Source of the DNA: Pseudomonadota bacterium
Lineage (GTDB): Bacteria > Myxococcota_A > Polyangia > JAAYKL01
Length of the DNA stretch: 64,000 nucleotides
Direction of reading: 5' to 3'
NCBI GenBank assembly: GCA_023229365.1
Contig: JALNZK010000014.1
Location: 6,970 to 70,969 of the forward strand
Shown: positions 29,261-39,148 of the stretch, in pieces
Position numbering within the stretch: the first letter of the stretch is position 1
Layout: every line of letters starts with the position of its first letter
Program-made: the position numbers and the translations under genes
Notes under the pieces: model-generated
What the model saw: only the letters and a program-made list of their open reading frames with translations
Database searches by the model: none
What the model was told of the DNA's origin: nothing

Positions 29261-29617
29261 TTATAGAGATTTAGCCCACTTCAGCAATGCAGTATAGTTA
29301 TTGCCATATCTATGATCTATATTATCAGACAGACCGTATGAATCGCAGACTTCAAGTAATAATAGTTGATCCTTCATCACTTCTTTAATTGGCTCTCCAC
29401 ACGTCTTTGATGCATTAGACACACCTGTATACGATAAAGATGACAAATCTATGTTTCTTACTATAACTAAGTATTTGCCGTTTGATATGTTATCACAGCA
29501 ATCTTGCATATTACAAAATTCAATGATCGTGTAACATGAACATCCATCGTATCTATACCATTTTCCGCCATAGTCCTTCCAGTTCACGTCTCCTGTTAGA
29601 AACTTGAATTTTTCCAT
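29261..29617 (-). CDS. Cys-rich hypothetical protein
   Basis: ORF with private leader. Confidence 0.45.
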   Translation of the reverse strand: MEKFKFLTGDVNWKDYGGKWYRYDGCSCYTIIEFCNMQDCCDNISNGKYLVIVRNIDLSSLSYTGVSNASKTCGEPIKEVMKDQLLLLEVCDSYGLSDNIDHRYGNNYTALLKWAKSL

Positions 29618-29867
29618 TTCTTTTCTCCATACCCTAGATGCTTACTCTAGGGATGGAATCCTCTATCCGGATTGAACCGACTTCTAAAAAGTAGAGGGTT
29701 ATTCTCTCATCAGATATCGATTCATTTCAGTGTCTTCAGTTCCATCATCATACTGGACCATTGCCCAGTAATGCTCCCAATCCTTGCCATATCTAGATCT
29801 TATAACTTTACCATGAAGACCGCATTTAGGAGAGAGTGTGTATTGGTTTACAACTCTCGTTCCAATC

Positions 29868-30311
29868 TTAATCATCTGCTTTTACCATCCTTGGCTTTCT
29901 TGATGCCGCCGGACTATGCTTCTGCTCAATCTTGATTATCATAATCAAGAATTCTAATGATGCAAAGACGGTCACCGGCGGGACCACATACATACACATG
30001 GTAAGTGGATTCTGGGTATACCAGACACTTGCCACATTGAATGCAGTCGATGCTGCTGTAGTTGCTACCACAATAGCCCACGGGAATATGGTATTCTCCT
30101 TGAGCATACTGAACCTGATAACAGTGAGGCAACCAATCACCATGAACAAGTCAAGACATAGAGGCCACAGATAGGATAGATATGATAATCCGTGTTCTAG
30201 CCCCATTATTACCAGGCTGCTGTAAGACAGGGTGAATGCAGCAATACACACTGCAATCAGTCCTACAGTGACTACATCAGCAATTCTCTTGCTGGATTTC
30301 GTTAGTTTCAT
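29868..30311 (-). CDS. integral membrane protein (about 4 TM helices)
   Basis: Four hydrophobic segments. Confidence 0.5.
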   Translation of the reverse strand: MKLTKSSKRIADVVTVGLIAVCIAAFTLSYSSLVIMGLEHGLSYLSYLWPLCLDLFMVIGCLTVIRFSMLKENTIFPWAIVVATTAASTAFNVASVWYTQNPLTMCMYVVPPVTVFASLEFLIMIIKIEQKHSPAASRKPRMVKADD

Positions 30312-30365
30312 TTCTTTTCCTCTAGGGATAACAGAATGTTCTGTTACCCAATCTAGGGAATTAAT
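30312..30365 (-). promoter_or_regulatory. promoter/leader unit with inverted repeat GGGTAACAGAA/TTCTGTTATCC
   Basis: Read directly. Confidence 0.5.
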
Positions 30366-30377
30366 GTCTTAAAAAAG

Positions 30378-30803
30378 TTAGATTTCATTCCTAGCACTTT
30401 GGATCAATGCTTCTACATTGATCGATAATGCTATGGTCTTAATTTTCTCACAATCTTTTCGGATTGTTTTCATAGTCTTGACAGACAGTCTTGTGTTACC
30501 GAACGCTTCAGTCTTTGTGAGTAGATTCTCACAATATCTGATGTCATTGACTAGACTGTCTATTGTAATAACTCCAAGGAGATCACCACTGTTTTTCCTA
30601 GTTGTTCTCTGTCTAGATACAACTGATAATACGTGATTCTCCAGGGTATCACACAGTGCAATAGTTGTTTCTGCCAGATCTAATCCAACATTGATCTGAT
30701 TTTCTAGATCGATGTGGTATTCAGTCAGAAATTCTACTGCCTTTGCAAGGTCGTCCTTTGAGACCTTAACTGAATTGAGTTCTGCTGCCATTTCTTTCTC
30801 CAT
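30378..30803 (-). CDS. hypothetical helical protein
   Basis: ORF with private leader. Confidence 0.45.
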   Translation of the reverse strand: MEKEMAAELNSVKVSKDDLAKAVEFLTEYHIDLENQINVGLDLAETTIALCDTLENHVLSVVSRQRTTRKNSGDLLGVITIDSLVNDIRYCENLLTKTEAFGNTRLSVKTMKTIRKDCEKIKTIALSINVEALIQSARNEI

Positions 30804-30886
30804 CCAAGTTACTGCCTGGTGCAGGCATATCAGTCATACATGGGCTGACATGCTATCTGCCCGTTAAAAAATTAGAGTGATAAGGT

Positions 30887-31063
30887 CTACATTGTATAAA
30901 ACTTATCAATTACTTTCCATGCTTTCCTTCTATTGCCGTGTTTTGTATAGAATTCTACCAAGTCGATTGAATGACCGATAAATTCTTTAAACCTATCATT
31001 TTCTGGTAGCAAAGCGTACATATTCCGTAGATATGCAACCTCTGTTTCTAGTTTTCTTCTCAT
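30887..31063 (-). CDS. 58-aa small protein (MRRKLETEVAYL...)
   Basis: Preceded by GGAGAAGTA-ATG and an imperfect inverted repeat. Confidence 0.3.
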   Translation of the reverse strand: MRRKLETEVAYLRNMYALLPENDRFKEFIGHSIDLVEFYTKHGNRRKAWKVIDKFYTM

Positions 31064-31269
31064 TACTTCTCCAAAAATAAGGGTTAGTAATCGTCTTCTT
31101 CACAAAGACGACGATCTCTTTCTACTTCATAGCAATGGTCCTCATAACCGGACCAAAAGATGTCTAATATCTCTCCATCAGACATCCTTTCGTATTCTTC
31201 TCGCTTTTCGTCGGTATCTGCATTATCTGCAAGATACTCTCGATACTCGTCTACATTGCAGTTAATCGT

Positions 31270-31470
31270 TTACTTCACCTCAAGCTGTTGTCTTGCATAC
31301 TCAAGTGCAATCTTTGCGTTGTCAATCTTACTCTTGAAGTCAGCAATATCACTGATATCACCGTGTATGTCCATACTTCCCCCTTTACCAGGAGTGCCAA
31401 TCCTAAGCACATCCTGTTGCTTGACAAGTGTGGATTGTGATCCATGCACCTGTATTTCTCGGTCTTCCAT
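31270..31470 (-). CDS. small hypothetical protein (start MEDREIQ, positioned by the leader motif)
   Basis: CCCTGGAGAAGAAA-ATG leader. Confidence 0.4.
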   Translation of the reverse strand: MEDREIQVHGSQSTLVKQQDVLRIGTPGKGGSMDIHGDISDIADFKSKIDNAKIALEYARQQLEVK

Positions 31471-31517
31471 TTTCTTCTCCAGGGACATCAGTCTAGCATG
31501 CTGATGTCCTATCTGTG

Positions 31518-31805
31518 TTAAAAATGGGTTGATTTAACCCATTTGCCTTCTATTACAAAGTCTAATGAGTGCTGTTCTACTATCTTCTCTATAGTAAGAT
31601 GGATGCCATTGTATGACACCACATCTGCAAGCTTAAGCCTTCTTGAGGCTTCCTTGATTGTTACAGGCTTAACAAGCACTATATCGTTGAGCTTCTTTGA
31701 AATGCTGTATTCTACATACTGTTGCTTCACAGCAAGTTTGCTATGAAACTTGACTGCTGCTTTCTTTGAGGATACAATCATATACCCCTTCAAGTTTCCA
31801 TTCAT
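31518..31805 (-). CDS. hypothetical protein (95 aa)
   Basis: ORF with private leader. Confidence 0.45.
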   Translation of the reverse strand: MNGNLKGYMIVSSKKAAVKFHSKLAVKQQYVEYSISKKLNDIVLVKPVTIKEASRRLKLADVVSYNGIHLTIEKIVEQHSLDFVIEGKWVKSTHF

Positions 31806-31866
31806 TTCTTTCTTTTCTCCAGGGATAGCAGGTTGTCATCTGCTACCCTATCTGGGTTAAAAAGGA
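31806..31866 (-). promoter_or_regulatory. promoter/leader unit: TTTTTAA box, CCAGATAG, inverted repeat GGGTAGCAG/CTGCTATCCC, then CTGGAGAAAAGAAAGAA-ATG
   Basis: Read directly. One of at least 9 homologous units (others near 28036-28090, 28365-28410, 29197-29250, 29618-29665, 30312-30365, 30804-30885, 31471-31525, 32089-32145). Confidence 0.5.
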
Positions 31867-32088
31867 TTAGATGTTAGGCACAAAGTGCCTTCCATCTATG
31901 CTGCACCCTAATGGGTGTGTGCATGTCATTAGACCCGCCGCACAGCAACCAGTGCTTTTGCCGCAGTGATACCCACACGATCTTGTGTCGTACGCCGGCC
32001 CATGCCAGTAACACATAAAACATGGGTTCGTAAATTTATCACCGCATGGTGCTACATACACCATGTCGAACTTCTTTTCTGTTTTCAT
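31867..32088 (-). CDS. Cys/His-rich small protein
   Basis: PCGDKF..C..C...C..HCG...CC...C. Confidence 0.45.
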   Translation of the reverse strand: MKTEKKFDMVYVAPCGDKFTNPCFMCYWHGPAYDTRSCGYHCGKSTGCCAAGLMTCTHPLGCSIDGRHFVPNI

Positions 32089-32744
32089 TTATTTTTCTCC
32101 AGGCATGACAGATTGATTCTGCCATGCTATCTGGGAAACGATGAGAGTTAGGTGTGTACTAACTCCCTGACTATTTTACCCACAGTGCGATACTGTAGGT
32201 AAACGTCTAGCCAGGTGTTACCCTGACAGTATTCTACCTTCTTGCCACCGTTAAACATCTCTATGGTTACTCTCCACACAGAGGTGCTACATGATGCTAA
32301 GTAAGCATCTAAAACCAACTGCTTCATTTAATCAGCCCAATACATCCCACCCATAATGCTATGTTCATCAATACCATGTTGAGTGCAAATAACCACTCAA
32401 TCTTAAGATTGTATTCTCGTCTTGTCATGTTGTTCTCCAGTGATACTCTGGCTATATGAATGGAAGAAAAAAAGCATCTATATAGCCTCATAATATCACA
32501 AATCATCCTCACCTTCTACCCGGATAAAAAAAAATTTCACTAAATCTACCAATTATTATAAAAAACAAAACATATATATCGTTATTATATATTGCAGTCG
32601 AGTTTATCACCTATCTTACCCACATTATGTTATGGGATGTAAAAAGCCGAAAAGGCCGAAGAAATAATTTCTTGATATTATCACTATTTTTGCCGGGGTT
32701 TCGTTACGCAATCATTATAATGCTGGACATCCATACATTCGTGT

Positions 32745-33389
32745 ATGACGTTCAAATACGGCAATAGTTACATGGGGATAACTGACGTGTCTATTGAGAC
32801 CAGAGCGAGAGAACCATGGACTTTGAAGTTTGGTGGTGCAATTAGACCGGAGTTTATGGAGTTATTGCGGAATGAATTAATTCCGGACGGTGTCCATCCT
32901 GCATATTCTGTGAGTAGATTTCATGTTCCTAAAGGTAGATTTTCAAGTATATTTATGGATTTTATTCCCCAAAATTATGCGACTTTTTACCTAGAGAGGG
33001 AAATATTAGATCAAAACCTTATACTATTAGGCAAAAGTATTGATTTTCCAAGAGATCATGTCATGCCAGTTCTTGCTCCAGGATATTATACTTCTGTCGT
33101 TATAAATGGCAACAAATGTGAGGCAAAACACATGTCAATATTATTTGATCAGATCGGCAACATTGGCGCTGATGCCATTGCAACGATGGGAACAATCTGT
33201 ATTACTGGGGGCGACCTTGTGGAATTTGACGGAGAGATCCCCTTAACCATAGACCTAAAATTTGTAGACAATTCGCGTTCCAACATTGCATTTGTGGTAT
33301 CCAAACGGAACAAATATACCACCGGTGGCGTAATATCCCGAATTGTGTATAATATTGTCAGGATTGAAAACATTTCGCGTGTAGTTTAA
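32745..33389 (+). CDS. hypothetical protein, first gene of the plus-strand morphogenesis block
   Basis: ORF. Confidence 0.45.
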   Translation: MTFKYGNSYMGITDVSIETRAREPWTLKFGGAIRPEFMELLRNELIPDGVHPAYSVSRFHVPKGRFSSIFMDFIPQNYATFYLEREILDQNLILLGKSIDFPRDHVMPVLAPGYYTSVVINGNKCEAKHMSILFDQIGNIGADAIATMGTICITGGDLVEFDGEIPLTIDLKFVDNSRSNIAFVVSKRNKYTTGGVISRIVYNIVRIENISRVV

Positions 33390-33558
33390 ATCAATTATCT
33401 GCAATTATCTGCAAAGTTTGCAGGTTGCTTATTTTTTATCCCGATACAACATTTGTCAATATTGCATGGTAATGGTTTTCTTTGTAAGCGAAATCATTCA
33501 TGAGACTCCCAATGTATTTTGGCAGTTGCGTGGTGTGTCGGGTTGCGTTATTTAAACA

Positions 33559-34095
33559 TTGAACCACAAATACTGTCTCATGCCATATGATGAGAACTGT
33601 CCATTGTGTCGAAGTCCTATCCAGGCGGATGCATGGAGCAGGCTTATTTTATCGAATGAAAAGTCTTCTATGGAGTGTGCTAAAGAATTTGACATATCTG
33701 TGGAAGAAGTAAATGAACACATATACAAACATTCATCTGGATTGGATGCCGACGGCGACCCTAATACACCAGAACATCTAAAGAATAAGCTGCTTAGATT
33801 TTCTCATATTTGTGAGATCTGGATGGATGAAATGATAGTGAGTAAGGAACTAGATCCGTCGAAGTTAGACAAGGTGCTTAAACTGATGGATGTAATTGAG
33901 AAGCAACTGGTGTCCAGGGCACAAATAGCAGGCATAATTAAGAAAGATGCTCCACAAATACAGATAACAAATGTCCAAAATAATATTGATAATTTGACTA
34001 ATGTTATTATGATGAAATTATGTCCGGAATGCAAGAAAATTGCAATTGCTGAAATGGAAGGGTTTGTATACGGAGAACAGAAACTTCTGGCGTGA
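33559..34095 (+). CDS. putative terminase small subunit or DNA-binding protein
   Basis: N-terminal Zn ribbon (CPLC...), HTH-like SMECAKEFDISVEEVNEHI, a C-terminal CPEC, and position immediately upstream of TerL. Confidence 0.4.
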   Translation: MNHKYCLMPYDENCPLCRSPIQADAWSRLILSNEKSSMECAKEFDISVEEVNEHIYKHSSGLDADGDPNTPEHLKNKLLRFSHICEIWMDEMIVSKELDPSKLDKVLKLMDVIEKQLVSRAQIAGIIKKDAPQIQITNVQNNIDNLTNVIMMKLCPECKKIAIAEMEGFVYGEQKLLA

Positions 34096-34101
34096 TAGGT
34101 C

Positions 34102-35646
34102 TTGACAAAATCCAAAAAAGAGTTTAATGAGTTTAAGATAAAGCCCGGGGAGACTTTAGACGGGAAAGATCTGATCCGGTTTAAGTTGGATTTGATTAAG
34201 GGGAAATCAGATCCGGTTTGGGCGGTCCAAAATATTTTGGGATTTGGAGATCTGTTCCCCTGGCAGGAAGAATACCTGAGATTGTTTTACCGGAATATTT
34301 ATGATGCCAGTTTAATGCCGATAAGAGATGCATATCTATCAGCGGGCCAGCGTAGTGGAAAAACTATGTGGGCTGCAATGATTGGGTCATATGACTTTTT
34401 TAACGTGGTGACTATTCCAGAACCACAAAAGTTCTTCGGGGTTAAAAATTCACAGAAGCTTTTTGCCACCTGCATGAGTACCAGCGGGAAGCTTGCGGAG
34501 GATGGAATTTATGCGCACATGCTAAATGCCATTGAAGCAAGCGAATGGATGAATCAGTGGTTTGACATAAGATCTGTGACCTCTCCTATACCCCAAATCA
34601 GTGTTGATGATAAACAAGTGTATGCCCAGGTATTAGGTTCCTGGATGAATACAGCAGTTGGCAGGACCAACTTCTGCGTATTGCTGGACGAAATAGATTA
34701 TTTTGAGGAATCTACTTCTAAACGGTCTGGAATGGAGGTATATTCCAGGATGACAAAATCCAGGGACACCTTAAGAGAATGGGGGCATCTGGTTGCAATT
34801 TCGTCTCCAAAGTCTATATCCGGTCCAATTTTGTCATTGGTAAGAGTAGCACAAAAACGTATTGAGGAATTTGGCATAAATGGAACCGACACAATTGGAT
34901 TTAATAAGCCCGTATGGGAACTAAATCCAGATCCGTTCTTTTCATTCCCGGAATTATGTAAGCGATATGCCCATGATATGATTGCGATGTGGAGAGACTT
35001 TGGATGCAAACCCGAAATGGCAGGTGGCATGCAGTTTCCTGAAGGCATATTCATGGATGAGACCCTGACTAACATATTAAAGGAAAAGGTCCGTCCGAAG
35101 TTTCAATACCCCCATGTCATGTACATAGATCCGGCTGCAAGATCAGATAAATTTGGGATATCCGTTGGCTGTAGGGTGCCATTTAAAGGAATGGTGGTAG
35201 ACGGCACAACATATTTTAAGAAGAAAACGGGCGACCCGTTTATCATGCCGTCTGATGTCTGGGACTTTATAAATGAAGCAATCCCAAGATGTAATGTCCG
35301 ATACTTTTGCTTTGATACCTGGATGTTCACTGAAATCCTGGAGCGAGTCTGGAAAAAGCATGGAATTAAGCCAGAACAGCATTTCGTGACTAAATCCGAT
35401 TATGATACCTGGAGGTCCTATCAAAGCCCTAACGCACCACACCCGATGCGATTGTGCTACGATAAAGAACTAAAGGACGAAGCCGATCAGCTCATAGTTA
35501 AGGAAGGCAAACGCGGACATGTGGTAGATCATGCCTGGAACCAGTATAAAGATCAGTCGGATACTGTGGCAGGCGTCTGCTGGTTCCTAACGAATTTTGA
35601 GGTCGAATCAACTGTAGTGCCGTATATCGGGCTTCAAATAATTTAA
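34102..35646 (+). CDS. terL: terminase large subunit (ATPase plus nuclease)
   Basis: Walker A SAGQRSGKT, Walker B VLLDEIDYFEE, and C-terminal nuclease-like YIDPAARSDKFGISVG. The in-frame stop at 34096 forces a TTG (or other non-ATG) start at 34102. Confidence 0.8.
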   Translation: MTKSKKEFNEFKIKPGETLDGKDLIRFKLDLIKGKSDPVWAVQNILGFGDLFPWQEEYLRLFYRNIYDASLMPIRDAYLSAGQRSGKTMWAAMIGSYDFFNVVTIPEPQKFFGVKNSQKLFATCMSTSGKLAEDGIYAHMLNAIEASEWMNQWFDIRSVTSPIPQISVDDKQVYAQVLGSWMNTAVGRTNFCVLLDEIDYFEESTSKRSGMEVYSRMTKSRDTLREWGHLVAISSPKSISGPILSLVRVAQKRIEEFGINGTDTIGFNKPVWELNPDPFFSFPELCKRYAHDMIAMWRDFGCKPEMAGGMQFPEGIFMDETLTNILKEKVRPKFQYPHVMYIDPAARSDKFGISVGCRVPFKGMVVDGTTYFKKKTGDPFIMPSDVWDFINEAIPRCNVRYFCFDTWMFTEILERVWKKHGIKPEQHFVTKSDYDTWRSYQSPNAPHPMRLCYDKELKDEADQLIVKEGKRGHVVDHAWNQYKDQSDTVAGVCWFLTNFEVESTVVPYIGLQII

Positions 35647-35970
35647 AAGAGATTGACAGGGGACCACTCTTATAGACCCTGTCTATACAGAGTAAGTTGG
35701 GTTGATATTTAAGTTGATTGATTTGAATCCTGGAGCAACTTGTGTCTTGAATGTAGATTCGCCGCGAATCATTAGGTAATAAGAATAGAACACAAATCAA
35801 CCACTAATTGCGCAAATGATCTTGCTTAAACAGAAGAAAGGAAATTGATTTCTCCTGCTTGGTTTGTTTGTGGAAATAAGTATAAGATGTCTTGTAACTT
35901 AAGGGTTGCTAAATTATCTCAACGGTTACGATTGTGCTCCAACATCTATATCAGTTCTTGTGTTTAATAT

Positions 35971-37461
35971 TTGGATATGGGACTGATTAAACATATACGA
36001 GAGGTGTTTTCGGGATTTGCAAGGGTTAGACAGGCACCTGGTGGAAGTGTGGGTGCCAGAATGCAATCCAATTCTTTTGTAAATTTTGTAATTAATTTGT
36101 TTTCTGATTGGGATACGAAACAAGAAGAAGAAATTTTCCAGGATATGTATTGCTATGATGATGCTGTAGGAGGTGGGATAGATAGAGTTTCCACGATGTG
36201 TGGACAGGCATTTATAGGGTTTGAAGCATGTTCGAATGAAGAAATGTTTACTGATGGACCTCCACCGGATAAGAAAAAGTTAGATGAGATGGTTAGAAGA
36301 GCAAATTATCTCAAAATTAAGAATGATTTGTCTTCGGTTGCAGCTACATACGGTGGGGTGCTGTCGATGTATGGATTACTGGTGCTTCACGAAGATCCAG
36401 GAACGTATGATATCGATATTTTGCCAAATAGTTTAATTACGTTTCTTGATTATGAAAGCAGAATAACAACTCCTCCTACCGATATAAAGAAACAGGTTAT
36501 TACAAAGGCAAATATAGTTTGTGTCAATGAACCGGTGCCAGACTTAATGGACAAATATCCGGTGTCTGAATGCTATATTGTTAAGATGCGGGATATTCCG
36601 TTATGGGCAAAAGATAGATTATGCAGGCTGACATATGGATTGTATCCGGTTAGTCCATTGCAGCGTGCTATTATTCCAGTTTGGCAAAAATCAATTATTA
36701 TTGCCATTGATGCAATGTGGAGATGGGCAAATGTTCCCAGGGATCACCATAAGTTGAATTCTGAGATGTTTAGCCTGGATAAATTTCCTGGGTCTGATAT
36801 GGACAGCGTTGTGGATCAGTCGATAAAGGCAGCAGATAAGGTTATAAAAGCATATGCTGCTGAAGTTAGTGCAAAGGCACCTGATCAGGGATATGTTACA
36901 TTAGATACAGTGACTATTGAGCCGTTGGAGCATGCAAACGCCGGATATATGGCACCAAATGATTTGTTGACACAGATCTCTGATCAGGTATGGGGTGCAA
37001 TTGCGATACCTAAGAGCATTGTTACTGGGGTTTCCGGCAATAGTTATGCTAGTGAGCTTACCATTGCAAACTACACCAACACTATGATTTTGCATTTGGC
37101 TGGAAGGGCAACAATACCAATACTGGAAAATATGAAAAAAAGGCTTCAGGCATATAACAAAGGGTATCCTGTTGATTATTTAAAGGTTAAATTGGAGTTT
37201 AAGCTTGCTACAACTGAGTTGGATGAGATTAAGAGAGGTGCTGCAATGGCATCTACAAATTGTTATACGATCGATGAATGTAGGAATGAGACCGGACATT
37301 CACATTTAGATCCAAAGGATTATGATAAGATGCCTGGTGCTGTAAATGCGGCAAGTAGTATGAAGAATGAGATGAACTATCCGGATACACCACAGAGTGC
37401 AAATCAGAGACCTACTGTTGCAGGTATGAGCAAGGCTGAAAAGTCTGTCAGCGCAACGTAA
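35971..37461 (+). CDS. portal protein (by size and synteny; the start may be the ATG at 35977)
   Basis: About 495 aa, between TerL and the protease/scaffold. Confidence 0.55.
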   Translation: MDMGLIKHIREVFSGFARVRQAPGGSVGARMQSNSFVNFVINLFSDWDTKQEEEIFQDMYCYDDAVGGGIDRVSTMCGQAFIGFEACSNEEMFTDGPPPDKKKLDEMVRRANYLKIKNDLSSVAATYGGVLSMYGLLVLHEDPGTYDIDILPNSLITFLDYESRITTPPTDIKKQVITKANIVCVNEPVPDLMDKYPVSECYIVKMRDIPLWAKDRLCRLTYGLYPVSPLQRAIIPVWQKSIIIAIDAMWRWANVPRDHHKLNSEMFSLDKFPGSDMDSVVDQSIKAADKVIKAYAAEVSAKAPDQGYVTLDTVTIEPLEHANAGYMAPNDLLTQISDQVWGAIAIPKSIVTGVSGNSYASELTIANYTNTMILHLAGRATIPILENMKKRLQAYNKGYPVDYLKVKLEFKLATTELDEIKRGAAMASTNCYTIDECRNETGHSHLDPKDYDKMPGAVNAASSMKNEMNYPDTPQSANQRPTVAGMSKAEKSVSAT

Positions 37462-37503
37462 TTACCCATTTCTTTTTTATCATGGAAATTTCATAGCCTA
37501 ATT

Positions 37504-38610
37504 ATGGTATTCCAGTGGAAACAGGAAGACGTTTTGCTTTCTGAAGGCGATGTTGTCAAAGCTGGTACTTGGCACGGAAACAATGTCGTTGATAATAAGC
37601 CATATGTCTCTACTTTCACTAATTCTGATGTAAGGAAGATCTATGACAGAATTCCAAAGGGATTAATTCCGATTTATGTAGATCTGCATGGCAGGAGAGG
37701 AGATCGGAGTGAACCCGATGGATATGCAATGAGCTTTGGAATATCAGAAGACAGCAGTAAAATTGCCCATAAAGGATTTGTGTATAATTTGGATGCGCAA
37801 AAGGCAATTGTAAGCGGGGATAACGAGTGCTCTCCAGAATTTAGTACATTAATTGATTCAAAAGGAAATGCTGATAGAACTCTTACTGCACTTTGTTATA
37901 TTCCCAATTCTGCGATGAAAAATGATGTGAATTTTATGTTCGAAAAATTTGAAGAAGCTCCAGAAAAAGGGGCAGACAAGACAGATGGAAATGCTGGAAA
38001 TATTTCCGGACAAGATCAGAAAAAGGAGTCTGGAAATGATGCTAAGGATAAGTTTGCCGGGTTGTTCGACGGGGGAAAGAAGGCAGAACAAGCACCGGTA
38101 GAGGTAGATTATAATAAGATTGTTAGTATGACAATAGATGCATTAAAGCCGTTTCTTACCGCTGGAGGGAATACTACTCCTGGTGTTTCTGATGGTGGTA
38201 AGAAGGAGGAATCTAAAGGCGGTGATAATGTAGATAAGAAGACTATAAAGCAAGATGGGGGTTCTGATCCGGGAGTAGATGCTTTAAAAAGCAGACTTGA
38301 TGAACAGGGCGCCATGCTTGATGGTATGATGGACGAAAAGATCGAGGCCCTTGTAAATCAGATTAAAGGGTTTGGTGTGTCCGATCCAATGTCATTGATT
38401 CCGGCTGGAGCTTCGAAGAAGGGCACTATTGAGTTTCTGACCAAAACAAAGGATCTTAGACTGGATTTGATCAAGTTAAACGGTGTTCCACAGAATCTTG
38501 GTGGTGGTGAATCTTCGAAAGCTTCTAGGATGGAATTTGAGAAAACTATGACAGAACTTGGGTTTGGAGACAAACATTATACGGAAATGTTTCCGGAAAT
38601 GTATCAGTGA
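37504..38610 (+). CDS. prohead protease domain fused to a Lys/Gly/Asp-rich scaffold-like region
   Basis: N-terminal about 150 aa globular region, then low-complexity GGKK/DGG repeats and a coiled-coil. Position between portal and MCP. Confidence 0.45.
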   Translation: MVFQWKQEDVLLSEGDVVKAGTWHGNNVVDNKPYVSTFTNSDVRKIYDRIPKGLIPIYVDLHGRRGDRSEPDGYAMSFGISEDSSKIAHKGFVYNLDAQKAIVSGDNECSPEFSTLIDSKGNADRTLTALCYIPNSAMKNDVNFMFEKFEEAPEKGADKTDGNAGNISGQDQKKESGNDAKDKFAGLFDGGKKAEQAPVEVDYNKIVSMTIDALKPFLTAGGNTTPGVSDGGKKEESKGGDNVDKKTIKQDGGSDPGVDALKSRLDEQGAMLDGMMDEKIEALVNQIKGFGVSDPMSLIPAGASKKGTIEFLTKTKDLRLDLIKLNGVPQNLGGGESSKASRMEFEKTMTELGFGDKHYTEMFPEMYQ

Positions 38611-38621
38611 GGTTGTAAATT

Positions 38622-39146
38622 ATGGTGATGCCAATAAGCAACGATCAGCAGATCAGTACTGGTGGAACTCTGCAAGATGCTCCAAGGAGGATGTATTTTG
38701 TAGACTCTGCTGTGTATTGGCCTGGAACAGCAGTGACGTTTAAAACAAGCGAGGTTGATGAAAACGGAGATCCTTATGTGACACTTGCAGATAAAAATGA
38801 TGTGCCTGTGGGGTTTGCATATCTGTCTACGGTAGATCCGAGGATACCATATGAATATCAGACTTCGAGTAGTTATCAGAGCGATGTCCCATGTTCTGTA
38901 AATAGATATGAAAGAGGGCAGAGAATATCAGTTCCGCTTTGTGCCGGACATGCAGCAATTGCGATAGGAGAAAAAGTTGCAATTTATGCAAACGGTGAGC
39001 ATGATAAACTGTCTGCTGTTTCTGGTGCAACCTGGTCTATTGGGTATGCATTGAGGGCGATTGATGCAAACACTGATAGCTTGGGGACTGCTGGACTTGA
39101 TGCTGACTTTATGCTTATCTGGGTTGATGTCCAGAAGGAGAGCTAA
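38622..39146 (+). CDS. head-associated structural protein (possibly decoration)
   Basis: Synteny only. Confidence 0.35.
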   Translation: MVMPISNDQQISTGGTLQDAPRRMYFVDSAVYWPGTAVTFKTSEVDENGDPYVTLADKNDVPVGFAYLSTVDPRIPYEYQTSSSYQSDVPCSVNRYERGQRISVPLCAGHAAIAIGEKVAIYANGEHDKLSAVSGATWSIGYALRAIDANTDSLGTAGLDADFMLIWVDVQKES

Positions 39147-39148
39147 TT

